Source of the DNA: an uncultured Pelagibacteraceae bacterium
GTDB lineage: Bacteria > Pseudomonadota > Alphaproteobacteria > Pelagibacterales > Pelagibacteraceae
Assembly (NCBI GenBank): GCA_902531175.1
Contig: CACADE010000004.1
Span: 1,106-65,105 of the forward strand
Length of the DNA stretch: 64,000 bases
Direction: 5' to 3'
The notes beneath the pieces are model-generated. The model was not told the origin of the DNA and made no database searches. It was given only the letters and a program-made list of their open reading frames with translations. Below, piece by piece: positions 28,516 to 38,917 of the stretch (the first letter of the stretch is position 1; each line of letters starts with the position of its first letter). Made by a program: the position numbers and the translations under genes.

Positions 28516-29238
28516 ATGGCTGGACACTCACATTGGGCGGGTATTAAACATAAAAAAGGCAAAGCTGACAAACAGAGATCAAAAATTTTTTCTAAACTCT
28601 CTAGAGAAATCACAGTAGCCGCAAAACTAGGAGATAAGAATCCCGATATGAATTCGAGACTAAGATCAGCAATACAAGCAGCTAGATCAGCTAACATGCC
28701 AAAAGAAAATATTGAGAGAGCAATTGAAAAATCCTCTAACAATGATCAATCAAACTTTGAAAATATTAGGTACGAAGGTTTTGGACCGAGTAAATCTGCT
28801 GTAATAGTTGAAGCATTGACTGACAATAAAAATAGAACCGCTTCTAATATAAGAACAATATTTTCAAAAAATAATGGTTCTTTAGGAACCCAGGGTTCTG
28901 CATCACATAATTTTCAAAGACTGGGTGTAATTAAAATAGACAAAAATGAAATTGAACAAGATAAAATTTTTGAATTAGCAATCGAATCGGGTGCAAATGA
29001 TTGTATTTCTCGTGATGAATTTCATGAAGTGCATACGGATATAGATGAAATATATGAGGTAAAAAAAAAATTTGAAAAAGTTATTGTTAATTTTCTTTCT
29101 ACTGAAATTGAGTGGCTACCTATAAATAAAGTATCCCTTAAAGGCGAAGAAAATCAAAATATGGCAAAATTTTTAGAGACTCTTGAGGATGAGGATGATG
29201 TACAAAATGTTTATACAAATGTTAACTTTGAAGGTTAA
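28516..29238 (+). CDS. yebC: YebC/PmpR family protein
   Basis: MAGHSHWAGIKHKKG, NMPKENIERAI, YEGFGP, TDNKNRT, DDVQNVYTN. Confidence 0.95.
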   Translation: MAGHSHWAGIKHKKGKADKQRSKIFSKLSREITVAAKLGDKNPDMNSRLRSAIQAARSANMPKENIERAIEKSSNNDQSNFENIRYEGFGPSKSAVIVEALTDNKNRTASNIRTIFSKNNGSLGTQGSASHNFQRLGVIKIDKNEIEQDKIFELAIESGANDCISRDEFHEVHTDIDEIYEVKKKFEKVIVNFLSTEIEWLPINKVSLKGEENQNMAKFLETLEDEDDVQNVYTNVNFEG

Positions 29239-29736
29239 ATGATAATCGTTGGAATTGATCCAGGAATAGCAGGTGCTATTTGTTTTTTTTCTGATGGGAA
29301 AGTTATTGATGTCATTGACATGCCTACAATGGCAGAAGGGAAAAAAAATAAAAAACAAGTTAATGGTAGGCAAATTTATAATGAAATAATGCTAATAAAA
29401 AATAAATTTATGAATGAAAAAATGAGTGTAATAGTCGAACATGTTTCTGCTATGCCGGGACAAGGTGTAACAAGCATGTTTAATTTTGGACAATCATTTG
29501 GAGTTATTAAAGGCATATGTTCTGCAATGGAGCTTCCCGTTTTCTATGTTAGACCAGCAAAATGGAAAAAATATTTTAACTTAATAAATTCTGAAAAAGA
29601 CGCAAGTAGAACTAAAGTAATAGAAATGTTTCCAAAAATATCTCATAAGCTATCTAGAAAAAAAGATAACAATAAAGCCGATGCCATCTTAATTGCTCAA
29701 TACTTTGAAAACACAAGGGAAAATAACTATTACTAG
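29239..29736 (+). CDS. Holliday-junction resolvase of the RuvC fold, MOC1/phage-like subtype
   Basis: GIDPGIAGA, VEHVSAMPGQGVTSMFNFG, VRPAKWKK, KDASR, FP, RKKDNNKADAILIA; acidic residues D7, E67, D143/D148. Confidence 0.75.
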   Translation: MIIVGIDPGIAGAICFFSDGKVIDVIDMPTMAEGKKNKKQVNGRQIYNEIMLIKNKFMNEKMSVIVEHVSAMPGQGVTSMFNFGQSFGVIKGICSAMELPVFYVRPAKWKKYFNLINSEKDASRTKVIEMFPKISHKLSRKKDNNKADAILIAQYFENTRENNYY

Positions 29737-29791
29737 TGATTTAGATTTCTTAAAGTCAAATTAATGACATATTTTAATGAGAAACGATTGA

Positions 29792-30466
29792 ATGGAAGCG
29801 GATATTGCAACACAAAGTTTAGGTCTAGCTAGCAACACAGATTTTTCTTTAATAAGTCTCTTTTTAAGAGCAGATATAATTGTTAAATCAGTTATCATAA
29901 TATTAATACTCAGCTCTATTTATTCATGGGCAATAATATTCGAAAAAATAAGAATGTTCAGGAAAATTAATAAAAGCGCAGAAGAATTTGAAGAAAAATT
30001 CTGGAAATCAAAGTCTGCAGAAACATTTTATAATAGTCTACCATCAAATATTGAAGATCCTATGGCAAAATTATTTAAAAGTTCCATGCAAACAGTTATT
30101 AAAACTAGATCTAAATCAAATTTGTCTGAGAGACTGTCTAGTGTTTTAGAAGTAAATATTGAAAAACAAATGGTATCAGTTGAAAAGTATAATAGTTTTT
30201 TAGCTACTGTGGGATCAACTGCTCCTTTTATAGGTCTCTTCGGAACAGTTTGGGGTATTATGAATTCGTTTCAATCAATTGCTATTTCAAGAAATACTAG
30301 TCTTGCAATTGTTGCACCTGGTATTGCAGAAGCTTTATTTGCAACTGCACTCGGGTTATTAGCTGCTATTCCTGCAGTAATTGCGTATAATAAATTTAAC
30401 TTAGACTCTAAAAAATACGCTCAAAAATTAGAAAATTTTTCAAAAAGATTTTTATCAATAATTTAA
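29792..30466 (+). CDS. tolQ: Tol-Pal protein TolQ
   Basis: LATVGSTAPFIGLFGTVWGIM, VAPGIAEALFATALGL.AAIPAV. Confidence 0.95.
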   Translation: MEADIATQSLGLASNTDFSLISLFLRADIIVKSVIIILILSSIYSWAIIFEKIRMFRKINKSAEEFEEKFWKSKSAETFYNSLPSNIEDPMAKLFKSSMQTVIKTRSKSNLSERLSSVLEVNIEKQMVSVEKYNSFLATVGSTAPFIGLFGTVWGIMNSFQSIAISRNTSLAIVAPGIAEALFATALGLLAAIPAVIAYNKFNLDSKKYAQKLENFSKRFLSII

Positions 30467-30883
30467 ATGGCATTTAAGTTTAAAAGCTCAAGAAATGATC
30501 CTATGAGTGAAATTAACGTTACACCATTTGTTGATGTTATGTTGGTTTTGCTAATTATTTTTATGGTTACTGCGCCGTTACTTACTGTTGGTGTTCAGGT
30601 AGATCTACCTGAAACTTCCGCTGACACTCTGCCAGAGGAAAATGAACCTTTAACTTTAACAATTAATTCTAAAGGTGAAATCTTTATTCAGGAAACAAAG
30701 GTTGAATTTAATAATTTAATTGTAAAAATATTAGCAGTGTCAAATAACAGAACTGATACAAGAATATATGTTAGGGGAGACAAAGCTATTAACTATGGAA
30801 GAGTTCTTGAAATTATGGGAATGCTTTCAGGATCAGGATTTACGAAAGTTGCTTTAATATCTGAACCGAACAAAGAGAGATAA
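30467..30883 (+). CDS. tolR: Tol-Pal protein TolR
   Basis: SEINVTPFVDVMLVLLIIFMVTAP, RGDKAINYG. Confidence 0.95.
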   Translation: MAFKFKSSRNDPMSEINVTPFVDVMLVLLIIFMVTAPLLTVGVQVDLPETSADTLPEENEPLTLTINSKGEIFIQETKVEFNNLIVKILAVSNNRTDTRIYVRGDKAINYGRVLEIMGMLSGSGFTKVALISEPNKER

Positions 30884-30888
30884 AGATT

Positions 30889-31857
30889 ATGTATCGAGGT
30901 CTTTTAATCTCATCTGGATTTCATGTTGCTATTGTAATGGTAAGTATTTTGGCTTTGCCATTTGTTGCAAAAAAACCTCTGGATATTCCACCTCTTATTT
31001 CTGTTGAACTTATTCAAATAGCTGAAAAGACAAATATTCCTTTCGCACCAAAAGCATCAAAAATAATTGAGAAGGCAAAAAAAGAAAATGAAAAACTTTT
31101 ATCTGAACAGGCTCCTCCTAAAAAAGTAAAAAAAGATGAAAAAAAAGAAGTTCAAACAGATAAAAAAAAAAATAAAATTTCTAAAGTTGCATCAAAAAAA
31201 ACACCAACCAACGAAAATAAGATAGAAAAGTTAAAAAAAGAAAAATTAAATGCTGTACCTATGCCAGATGAAGATAAACAAAAAATTCAACCTAAAGAAC
31301 AAAAAAAGCAGAAACCTTCAAAAGAAATCAATGACGAAAATATCAATAAAATAGTTCAAACTAAAAAACCTATTTTAGATGAAAAAAAAGTTAAACAAGT
31401 GTCTGAATTTGAAAAAAAAGAAAAATTAGATTTAAATGAAATTGCAGCTTTAATTGATAAAAAAAGAGAAAATTTAGCAGAAACAAAAAAAGAAGTTGAT
31501 AAGATTTCTCAATCAACTGATGAAACTATGGACTATTCAAAGCTAACATTAAGTGAGGAAGATGCTTTAAAGGCTCAAATATTTACATGTTGGAGTGTGC
31601 CTATAGGTTTGCCTTTTAGTGAAGATTTATTAGTTAGAGTTAAACTCCAATTAAAACCAGACGGAACAATTGAAAAGCTTGAAATGCTAGATCATGTAAA
31701 AATGAATACACCTGGTAAAGAAAAATTTAGAACATTAGCAGATAGTGTGAGAAGAGCTATTCAGTTGTGTAATCCATTAAAAGTTCCTACAAGTGGTTAT
31801 GAAAGATGGAAAAATATGATTTTAAATTTTGATGCTCGTGATATGCTTGGAGGATAA
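30889..31857 (+). CDS. tolA: TolA-like protein
   Basis: N-terminal TM with S..H motif, K/E-rich linker, C-terminal [19 protein letters not shown]; between tolR and tolB. Confidence 0.8.
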   Translation: MYRGLLISSGFHVAIVMVSILALPFVAKKPLDIPPLISVELIQIAEKTNIPFAPKASKIIEKAKKENEKLLSEQAPPKKVKKDEKKEVQTDKKKNKISKVASKKTPTNENKIEKLKKEKLNAVPMPDEDKQKIQPKEQKKQKPSKEINDENINKIVQTKKPILDEKKVKQVSEFEKKEKLDLNEIAALIDKKRENLAETKKEVDKISQSTDETMDYSKLTLSEEDALKAQIFTCWSVPIGLPFSEDLLVRVKLQLKPDGTIEKLEMLDHVKMNTPGKEKFRTLADSVRRAIQLCNPLKVPTSGYERWKNMILNFDARDMLGG

Positions 31858-33203
31858 TGATTAGAATTTTTAACTTAACCTTTTTAGTATTTTTCTTTTT
31901 AATAACGAAAGCAAATTCTTTAATAGAAATTGATATAACAAGAGGTAATTTAGATCCTTTGCCAATTGCAGTTTCACCATTATTTCAAGACGATAACTCA
32001 AAAAAAAATTCAATTAATGAATTAAAATTAGAAAATGTGGGTTCTGAAATTTCTTCTGTAGTAGAAAATAATTTAAAAATTTCAGGTTTATTTAATCCAC
32101 TAAGTAAAGAGGCATTTTTACAAAAACCTGATATTGCTCATTTAAAACCTAGGTTTGAAGATTGGGCACTTATTAAAGCGCAAGCTTTAATTACAGGAAA
32201 AGTAACGATTGAGAACAAAAAATTAAAAGTTGAGTTTAGACTTTGGGATATTTTAGCTGGTAGAGAAATGATGGCTTTAGCATTTACAACAGTGCCAAGT
32301 AATTGGAGAAGAGTTGGGCATATAATCTCTGATAAAGTTTATGAAAGATTGACCGGAGAAAAAGGATACTTTGATACTAGAATTATTTATGTTTCTGAGG
32401 AAGGACCTAAGACAGCGAGAGTGAAGAAATTAGCCATTATGGATCAAGATGGTTTTAATACAAAATATTTAACTTTAGGAAATGAATTAGTATTAACCCC
32501 TAGATTTAATCCAACAAGTCAGATGGTAACTTACTTATCATATTTCAAAAATCTCCCAAGAGTGTATTTATTAGATATTGAAACTGGAACACAGGAAGTA
32601 GTTGGCGATTTTCCAGGAATGACATTCGCTCCAAGATTTTCACCAGATGGAAAAAAAATTATTATGAGTTTTGCAAAAGATGGAAACTCAGATATTTATA
32701 CAATGGATTTAGAAAATAGAGTTGTTGAGAGAATAACTAATCATCCATCAATTGATACTTCGCCATCATATTCCCCAGATAATAAATTTATTACATTTAA
32801 TTCTGATAGAAGTGGGTTTCAACAAATCTATGTAATGAAATCTGATGGTTCAAATGTAAAAAGAATATCTTTTGGTAAAGGTTTGTATGGCACCCCAGTA
32901 TGGTCTCCAAGAGGTGATTTAATTGCGTTTACAAAATTACATAAAGGAAAATTTTATATCGGTGTTATGCGAACCGATGGTTCCGGAGAAAGATTGTTGA
33001 CTGAAAATTACTATCAAGAAGCTCCTTCTTGGTCTCCAAATGGAAGAGTGTTAATTTTTTATAGAGAAACTAAATCAAATGACAAAGGAGAGGGATTTAG
33101 TGCCAAGTTATGGTCTATAGATCTTACAGGATATAATGAAAGGCAAGTTCAAACAGAGACGGATGCCTCTGACCCATCTTGGTCGTCTTTATTAAGTAAT
33201 TAG
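31857..33203 (+). CDS. tolB: Tol-Pal beta-propeller protein TolB
   Basis: PLPIAV, GYFDTRI, repeated P.FSPDG / PSWSP propeller motifs. Confidence 0.95.
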   Translation: MIRIFNLTFLVFFFLITKANSLIEIDITRGNLDPLPIAVSPLFQDDNSKKNSINELKLENVGSEISSVVENNLKISGLFNPLSKEAFLQKPDIAHLKPRFEDWALIKAQALITGKVTIENKKLKVEFRLWDILAGREMMALAFTTVPSNWRRVGHIISDKVYERLTGEKGYFDTRIIYVSEEGPKTARVKKLAIMDQDGFNTKYLTLGNELVLTPRFNPTSQMVTYLSYFKNLPRVYLLDIETGTQEVVGDFPGMTFAPRFSPDGKKIIMSFAKDGNSDIYTMDLENRVVERITNHPSIDTSPSYSPDNKFITFNSDRSGFQQIYVMKSDGSNVKRISFGKGLYGTPVWSPRGDLIAFTKLHKGKFYIGVMRTDGSGERLLTENYYQEAPSWSPNGRVLIFYRETKSNDKGEGFSAKLWSIDLTGYNERQVQTETDASDPSWSSLLSN

Positions 33204-33302
33204 GGCTTTTTTATTAATTTTTAATATAATTTAAGTTGATTTTTATGCTTGAAACATCTAATTAGTTGTGAAAAAGTTCTAATAAATTATTAAGGAGCAT
33301 TA

Positions 33303-33791
33303 ATGAATTTTAAGAAATCATTTAGAAATACTTTTCTAGTTATTTTATTAAGTTTAATCGTATCGGCTTGTGCAACGAAAAAAACCACTACTACTGTAGA
33401 GGGTCAAATGCAAGGTGATGTCTACACAGGAACTGATACAGTTAAATATTTAGCTGACGGTGTTCCAGACAGAGTATTTTTTGCGACAAACGAATCTATT
33501 TTAACAACTAAATCAAGAGACACATTAAGAAAACAAGCAAATTGGTTAAGAGAGAATTCTAGCATCAATGTTGTAGTCGAAGGTCATGCGGATGAAAGAG
33601 GAACAAGAGAATATAACTTGGCATTAGGCGAAAGAAGAGCAAATGCTGCCAAAGATTATTTGATCACTTATGGAATATCTGCTGATAGAATTTCAGTAAT
33701 AAGTTATGGAAAAGAAAGACCGGTTGACTCAGGCTCAAATCCGCTTTCTTGGTCTAAGAATAGAAGATCTGTAACCGTAAAGGCTAACTAA
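33303..33791 (+). CDS. pal: Peptidoglycan-associated lipoprotein Pal
   Basis: Lipobox VSAC; EGHADERGTREYNLALGERRA, SYGKERP, NRR. Confidence 0.95.
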   Translation: MNFKKSFRNTFLVILLSLIVSACATKKTTTTVEGQMQGDVYTGTDTVKYLADGVPDRVFFATNESILTTKSRDTLRKQANWLRENSSINVVVEGHADERGTREYNLALGERRANAAKDYLITYGISADRISVISYGKERPVDSGSNPLSWSKNRRSVTVKAN

Positions 33792-33809
33792 AGCTATTTT
33801 AAATATTTT

Positions 33810-33853
33810 AAAGACCCTGAAATTATTATATATAATTCAAGGGTCTTTTTTTT
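33810..33853 (+). terminator. Rho-independent terminator after pal
   Basis: AAAGACCCT...AGGGTCTTT stem followed by a T-run. Confidence 0.75.
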
Positions 33854-33881
33854 GCCATCATTATAATTAAAGAATAATTAG

Positions 33882-34886
33882 ATGTTTAAAAAGTCTATTA
33901 ATATTTTTATTTATATAATTTCTATTTTTTTTATTACATTCAGTGCAGGTTCTGAGGAGTTGAATATGAGAGAAATCTTAGAAATTATTCAAAAAGATCT
34001 TAGAACTTTGGAAAGAGCAGTTTATTCAGAGTCATTTCAGAAAAAAACTGGAGCAGAAACCTCTTTGTCAAATAAAGAAACAGAAGATGCTTTGACAAGA
34101 CATTTGTTAAAACTATCTGAAATAGAAAAACAATTTCAAAATTTAACTAATAAATTTGAGGAAATTAATTTTAAAGTAGACAAATTATCATCTAGACTAT
34201 CTAAAACACAAGCTGATAACCAATTAAGATTTCAAGATTTAGAAAACAATTCTAATCTTGTTCAAAAAAGTGAAAACAATCAAGATAATAAAATTACAAA
34301 TGAAAATTCAGAGACAAATCTAGCCAGCAAAAAAATTATGCCAGGCACATCTCAACCTCAAGATTTGGGAACAATATCTTATAAAGATATGACAGATACA
34401 AGTGAGACACAGGCAATTCAATCTGTCGAGACAACTAATACTATCTTGACTGAAAATTTTATTAATGAGGAAAAAATTTTACCTGATGCATCTCCTTTAG
34501 AACAATATGAATTTGCAACAAGTTTTTTAAAAGTTGGAGATTATAATATGGCAGAAAGAGCGTTTAGAGAATTTGTGGACACAAATCCAGATAATGATCT
34601 TTCTGGAAATGCACAATATTGGTATGCAGAAACTTTTAGAATAAGACAGCTTTACACGGATGCGGCATCTGCTTATTTAGAAGGTTATCAAAAATATCCC
34701 AAGAGTGAAAAAGCACCTATTAACCTTTTGAAGCTTGGTGTATCTTTAGTTCAAATAGGAGAGAAAGATCAGGGTTGCTTAATGATTGCTGGTGTTGAAA
34801 AACAGTATCCAAATGCTACTCAATCAGTTCTTCAAAAAGCTAAATATGAAGAGAAAAAGTTTGAGTGTAACAAAGAAAACTCTTAA
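33882..34886 (+). CDS. cpoB: Tol-Pal-associated CpoB/YbgF
   Basis: Coiled coil plus TPR (GNAQYWYAET, YPKSEKAP.NLLKLG.SL); follows pal. Confidence 0.88.
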   Translation: MFKKSINIFIYIISIFFITFSAGSEELNMREILEIIQKDLRTLERAVYSESFQKKTGAETSLSNKETEDALTRHLLKLSEIEKQFQNLTNKFEEINFKVDKLSSRLSKTQADNQLRFQDLENNSNLVQKSENNQDNKITNENSETNLASKKIMPGTSQPQDLGTISYKDMTDTSETQAIQSVETTNTILTENFINEEKILPDASPLEQYEFATSFLKVGDYNMAERAFREFVDTNPDNDLSGNAQYWYAETFRIRQLYTDAASAYLEGYQKYPKSEKAPINLLKLGVSLVQIGEKDQGCLMIAGVEKQYPNATQSVLQKAKYEEKKFECNKENS

Positions 34887-35898
34887 TTTTTATCTAACAA
34901 AATTAAAGGATCCTCAGGTAAGAAAATTATACAGCCTATTTTCAAATAATATCGCATCTTTGGATTTTACCAATAAAAAGATTATGGTTGGGGTATCTGG
35001 TGGTGCTGACAGTTTAGCTGTTTTATTTTTCTCTCAGTGCTATGCTTTAAAACATCATATTAAATTGTACCCTGTAATAATAGATCATAAACTAAGAAAA
35101 GAATCTACTATCGAAGCTAAAAACTTGAGGTATAAACTTAAACAAAACTTTAAAATTAATTGCAAGATTCTCTCAAAAAAAATTGTTAAAATTAATAATA
35201 ATATACAGTCTTATGCAAGAGACTTAAGATATGATTTATTTTTTGAAGAGTGCAATAAACAAAAAATAGACTACCTTATATTAGGCCATCATAAAGATGA
35301 TTTAATTGAAAATTTTTTTATAAGATTTCTGAGAGGCTCTGGTTTAAAGGGACTTGTTTCTTTTGATAAAAATATAATAAATTATAATGGCATTAAGGTT
35401 ATTAGACCATTTCTTTCTACTTCAAAAAAAGATCTACTTAAAATAAATAAAAAAACTTTTGGATTTTTTATAGAAGATCCCACAAATAATGATGATAAAT
35501 TTTTAAGGAGTAGAATAAGAAAACTCCTAATAAATTTAGATAAAGAAGGTCTAAAGTTTAATAAATTCTATTTAACTTTAAAAAATTTGTCAAAAAGTAA
35601 TCAAGTTATTGAATTTTTTGTAGAGAAAAATGTTGTTGAAAATTCAAAATATTTTGAGAAAGACAAAAAAGTAATATTAAACCATTCTTTCTTTAAAAAT
35701 CCAGAAGAAATAATTTTGAGAAGCTTTACACAAGTAATTCAAAAAATTAGTAATAAAAAAAACTACCCACGAGGTAAAAAGATTTCTGGACTTGTAGACT
35801 CTTTAAGGTTTTCAAACAAAAATGTAAAATTCACACTTTCTGGATGTATTATTGAAAAAATCAGCAATTCAGTGATTATTTACCATGAAAATCGATAA
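34846..35898 (+). CDS. tilS: tRNA(Ile)-lysidine synthetase (start probably ATG 34846)
   Basis: VGVSGGADSLA, IDHKLR, ARDLRY, GHHKDDLIENFF, GSGLKGL, IRPFL, RSRIR. Confidence 0.92.
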   Translation: MKRKSLSVTKKTLNFYLTKLKDPQVRKLYSLFSNNIASLDFTNKKIMVGVSGGADSLAVLFFSQCYALKHHIKLYPVIIDHKLRKESTIEAKNLRYKLKQNFKINCKILSKKIVKINNNIQSYARDLRYDLFFEECNKQKIDYLILGHHKDDLIENFFIRFLRGSGLKGLVSFDKNIINYNGIKVIRPFLSTSKKDLLKINKKTFGFFIEDPTNNDDKFLRSRIRKLLINLDKEGLKFNKFYLTLKNLSKSNQVIEFFVEKNVVENSKYFEKDKKVILNHSFFKNPEEIILRSFTQVIQKISNKKNYPRGKKISGLVDSLRFSNKNVKFTLSGCIIEKISNSVIIYHENR

Positions 35899-35963
35899 TT
35901 TTTTTTGTTAAATGATCAAAATGACACTTGTTAATTTATTAATAATTCTTAATTTAATGCTTT

Positions 35964-37856
35964 ATGAATTTTAAAAACTTAGCAATGTGGGGAATAATCG
36001 TAATTTTGACGATTGGCCTTTACAATATGTTTAAAAACCCGCAAGGTTCGATTTCTCAAAAAAATAAAATTATTTTCTCAGAATTTTTGACAGAAGTAGA
36101 TAATGGAAGAGTTGTTAAAGTTGAGATACAGGGAAAAAATATAAAGGGTGTATTATCAAATGGAAATCAATTCACCACTTATGCTCCTGAAGACCCGAAC
36201 TTAATTCAAAAATTAAGTGACAAAGGTGTTAGCATCTCAGCTAGTCCATTAGAAGAGAAGATGCCGTCATTATTGGGTATACTACTTTCATGGTTCCCAA
36301 TGCTTTTACTAATTGCAGTTTGGATTTTTTTCATGAGGCAAATGCAAGGAGGAAAGGGTGGCGCTATGGGATTTGGCAGATCAAAAGCCAAAATGATGAA
36401 CGAGGTAAAAGGTAAAGTTACTTTTAATGATGTTGCTGGGGTTGAAGAGGCAAAAGAGGAAGTAGAAGAAGTTGTTGAATTTTTAAAAGATCCGAGAAAA
36501 TTCAGTAGACTAGGTGGAAAGATACCTAGAGGATGTTTATTAGTAGGTCCTCCTGGAACTGGTAAAACACTTTTAGCAAGAGCAATTGCTGGAGAAGCTG
36601 GCGTACCATTCTTCACGATTTCTGGATCAGATTTTGTTGAAATGTTCGTTGGTGTTGGAGCTTCAAGAGTAAGAGATATGTTTGAACAAGGTAAGAAACA
36701 TTCTCCGTGTATAATTTTCATAGACGAGATTGATGCTGTAGGAAGAAGCAGAGGTGCAGGTCTTGGTGGTGGAAATGACGAAAGAGAGCAAACACTAAAT
36801 CAGCTATTAGTTGAGATGGACGGCTTTGATACTAATGAAGGTGTAATTATTATCGCTGCAACTAATAGACCAGATGTATTAGACCCTGCTTTATTGAGAC
36901 CAGGAAGATTTGATAGACAAGTTGTAGTTTCCAATCCAGATCTAATTGGTAGAGAAAAGATTTTAAAAGTTCACGCAAAGAAAATATCAATGGCACCTGA
37001 TGTAAATTTAAGAACAGTAGCTAGAGGAACTCCTGGATTTTCTGGAGCAGATTTAGCAAATCTTGTTAACGAAGCTGCATTACTAGCTGCAAGAAAAAAT
37101 AAAAGGATTGTGACATATCAAGAATTTGAAGAAGCTAAAGATAAAGTAATGATGGGATCTGAAAGAAGATCTATGGTGATGTCGGAGGAAGAGAAAAAAC
37201 TAACTGCTTACCATGAAGCTGGACATGCTATTGTAACTATAAATGAAAAAGCTGCCTATCCAATACATAAGGCAACAATTATACCTAGAGGAAGAGCTTT
37301 AGGAATGGTAATGCAATTACCTGAAAGAGATGAAGTTTCTCAAACTAGAGAACAACTTCACGCACAAATGGCCATTGCTATGGGTGGAAGAGTAGCTGAA
37401 GAAATAATATTTGGAGATGATAAAGTAACCACAGGAGCAGCAAGTGATATTGAACAGGCAACTAAAAGAGCAAGGGCTATGGTTATGAGAGCTGGATTAA
37501 GTAAGGAAATGGGACCAGTTGCTTATGGAGAAAACGAAGAGGAAGTATTTTTGGGAAGATCTGTTGCAAGACAGCAAAATATGTCTGAGGAAACGGCTAG
37601 AAAGGTAGATAGTGAAATTAGAAAATTTGTTGATATGGGATATGAGAGAGCAAGAAAAGTATTAACGGAAAAAATTGATGATCTTCACAAATTAGCAAAA
37701 GCTTTGCTTACTTACGAAACCTTGACAGGTGCAGAAATTGAGGATTTGATAAATAAAAATATATACCCAAAAAATAAAGAAGATCTAAAAGTTGAAGATG
37801 ATGATCAAAGCTCAGCACTTGGTTCAATGGGCCTTAAACCAAAGATAGTGCACTAA
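35964..37856 (+). CDS. ftsH: ATP-dependent zinc metalloprotease FtsH
   Basis: [39 protein letters not shown]. Confidence 0.98.
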   Translation: MNFKNLAMWGIIVILTIGLYNMFKNPQGSISQKNKIIFSEFLTEVDNGRVVKVEIQGKNIKGVLSNGNQFTTYAPEDPNLIQKLSDKGVSISASPLEEKMPSLLGILLSWFPMLLLIAVWIFFMRQMQGGKGGAMGFGRSKAKMMNEVKGKVTFNDVAGVEEAKEEVEEVVEFLKDPRKFSRLGGKIPRGCLLVGPPGTGKTLLARAIAGEAGVPFFTISGSDFVEMFVGVGASRVRDMFEQGKKHSPCIIFIDEIDAVGRSRGAGLGGGNDEREQTLNQLLVEMDGFDTNEGVIIIAATNRPDVLDPALLRPGRFDRQVVVSNPDLIGREKILKVHAKKISMAPDVNLRTVARGTPGFSGADLANLVNEAALLAARKNKRIVTYQEFEEAKDKVMMGSERRSMVMSEEEKKLTAYHEAGHAIVTINEKAAYPIHKATIIPRGRALGMVMQLPERDEVSQTREQLHAQMAIAMGGRVAEEIIFGDDKVTTGAASDIEQATKRARAMVMRAGLSKEMGPVAYGENEEEVFLGRSVARQQNMSEETARKVDSEIRKFVDMGYERARKVLTEKIDDLHKLAKALLTYETLTGAEIEDLINKNIYPKNKEDLKVEDDDQSSALGSMGLKPKIVH

Positions 37857-37865
37857 CAAGCACTA

Positions 37866-38915
37866 ATGAATAAATATTACACTAGAGCGTGTAATTTTTA
37901 TTACGGAATAGCATCAAAAACGTATATTGAAAAAAAAAAAACCATTCCTCTTTATGATAACAGCGATATCTCATTTGATAAAATAGAAATAATAGAGAGA
38001 ACAAAAAGCAAAATTATTAGCGTCAAAGATATTGTCAAACTTCCAAAAAATATAAAAAATAAAGTTAATTTAGATTTAAAAAATATAAAAAAAAAGAGAA
38101 CTTTTAAAAAATTAAATCTGTCTAATATCCCAATTTTAATGGGTATAATTAATTTAACTCCAGATAGTTTTTCAGATGGTGGCAAATATAATAAAAATAA
38201 TTTAGCTAAAAAACATGCGAATAACCTATTATTAAGTGGTGCAAGAATAATTGATATAGGTGGAGAATCTACAAGGCCTGGTGCAAATGATATTCATCCT
38301 GGGAGAGAATGGAATAGAATTAAGTCAATTTTAAAAATTTTAAAGAATAAAAAAAGTTTTATTTCATTAGATACCAGAAAAAGTTTTGTAATGGAGAAAG
38401 CTTCTAAAATAAAAATAGATCTTATAAATGATGTATCTGGACTAACTTATGACCCAGAAACTATAAATTTTTTAAAAAAATCAAAAAAACCTTTTGTTAT
38501 TCATCATATGCAAGGGACACCAAAGAATATGCAAATTAAGCCTAAGTATAAAAATGTTCTACTTGATATTTATGACTTCTTTGAAACAAAATTAAAATAT
38601 TTGAGAAAACAAGGTATTAAACATAATAATATTATATTGGACCCTGGTATTGGGTTTGGAAAAAATTTGAAACATAATATTACTTTAATAAAGAATGTTT
38701 CTATTTTTCATTCATTAGGACTTCCTATAATGTTGGGCTTGTCTAGAAAAAGATTTATTAAGGATATTTCAAAAGAAAATGATACTAAAAATAGGATTGG
38801 CGGAACCATATCTTCATGCATTCAAGCATATCTTCAAGGAGTTCAAATTCTTAGGGTTCATGATGTACAAGAAATTAATCAGGCATTTAAAGTCTTTAGA
38901 GAATTACAAAAATAA
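37866..38915 (+). CDS. folP: Dihydropteroate synthase
   Basis: MGIINLTPDSFSDGG, DIGGESTRPG, DPGIGFGK, SRKRF, RVHDV. Confidence 0.95.
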   Translation: MNKYYTRACNFYYGIASKTYIEKKKTIPLYDNSDISFDKIEIIERTKSKIISVKDIVKLPKNIKNKVNLDLKNIKKKRTFKKLNLSNIPILMGIINLTPDSFSDGGKYNKNNLAKKHANNLLLSGARIIDIGGESTRPGANDIHPGREWNRIKSILKILKNKKSFISLDTRKSFVMEKASKIKIDLINDVSGLTYDPETINFLKKSKKPFVIHHMQGTPKNMQIKPKYKNVLLDIYDFFETKLKYLRKQGIKHNNIILDPGIGFGKNLKHNITLIKNVSIFHSLGLPIMLGLSRKRFIKDISKENDTKNRIGGTISSCIQAYLQGVQILRVHDVQEINQAFKVFRELQK

Positions 38916-38917
38916 AA

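Noticed and set aside
31080-31500. K/E-rich low-complexity stretch
   Set aside because: Normal TolA periplasmic linker, not a DNA repeat.
35927-35954. RpoH-like promoter CTTG-N17-CTTAATT before ftsH
   Set aside because: Biologically plausible but an imperfect match in AT-rich DNA; not supportable without TSS data.
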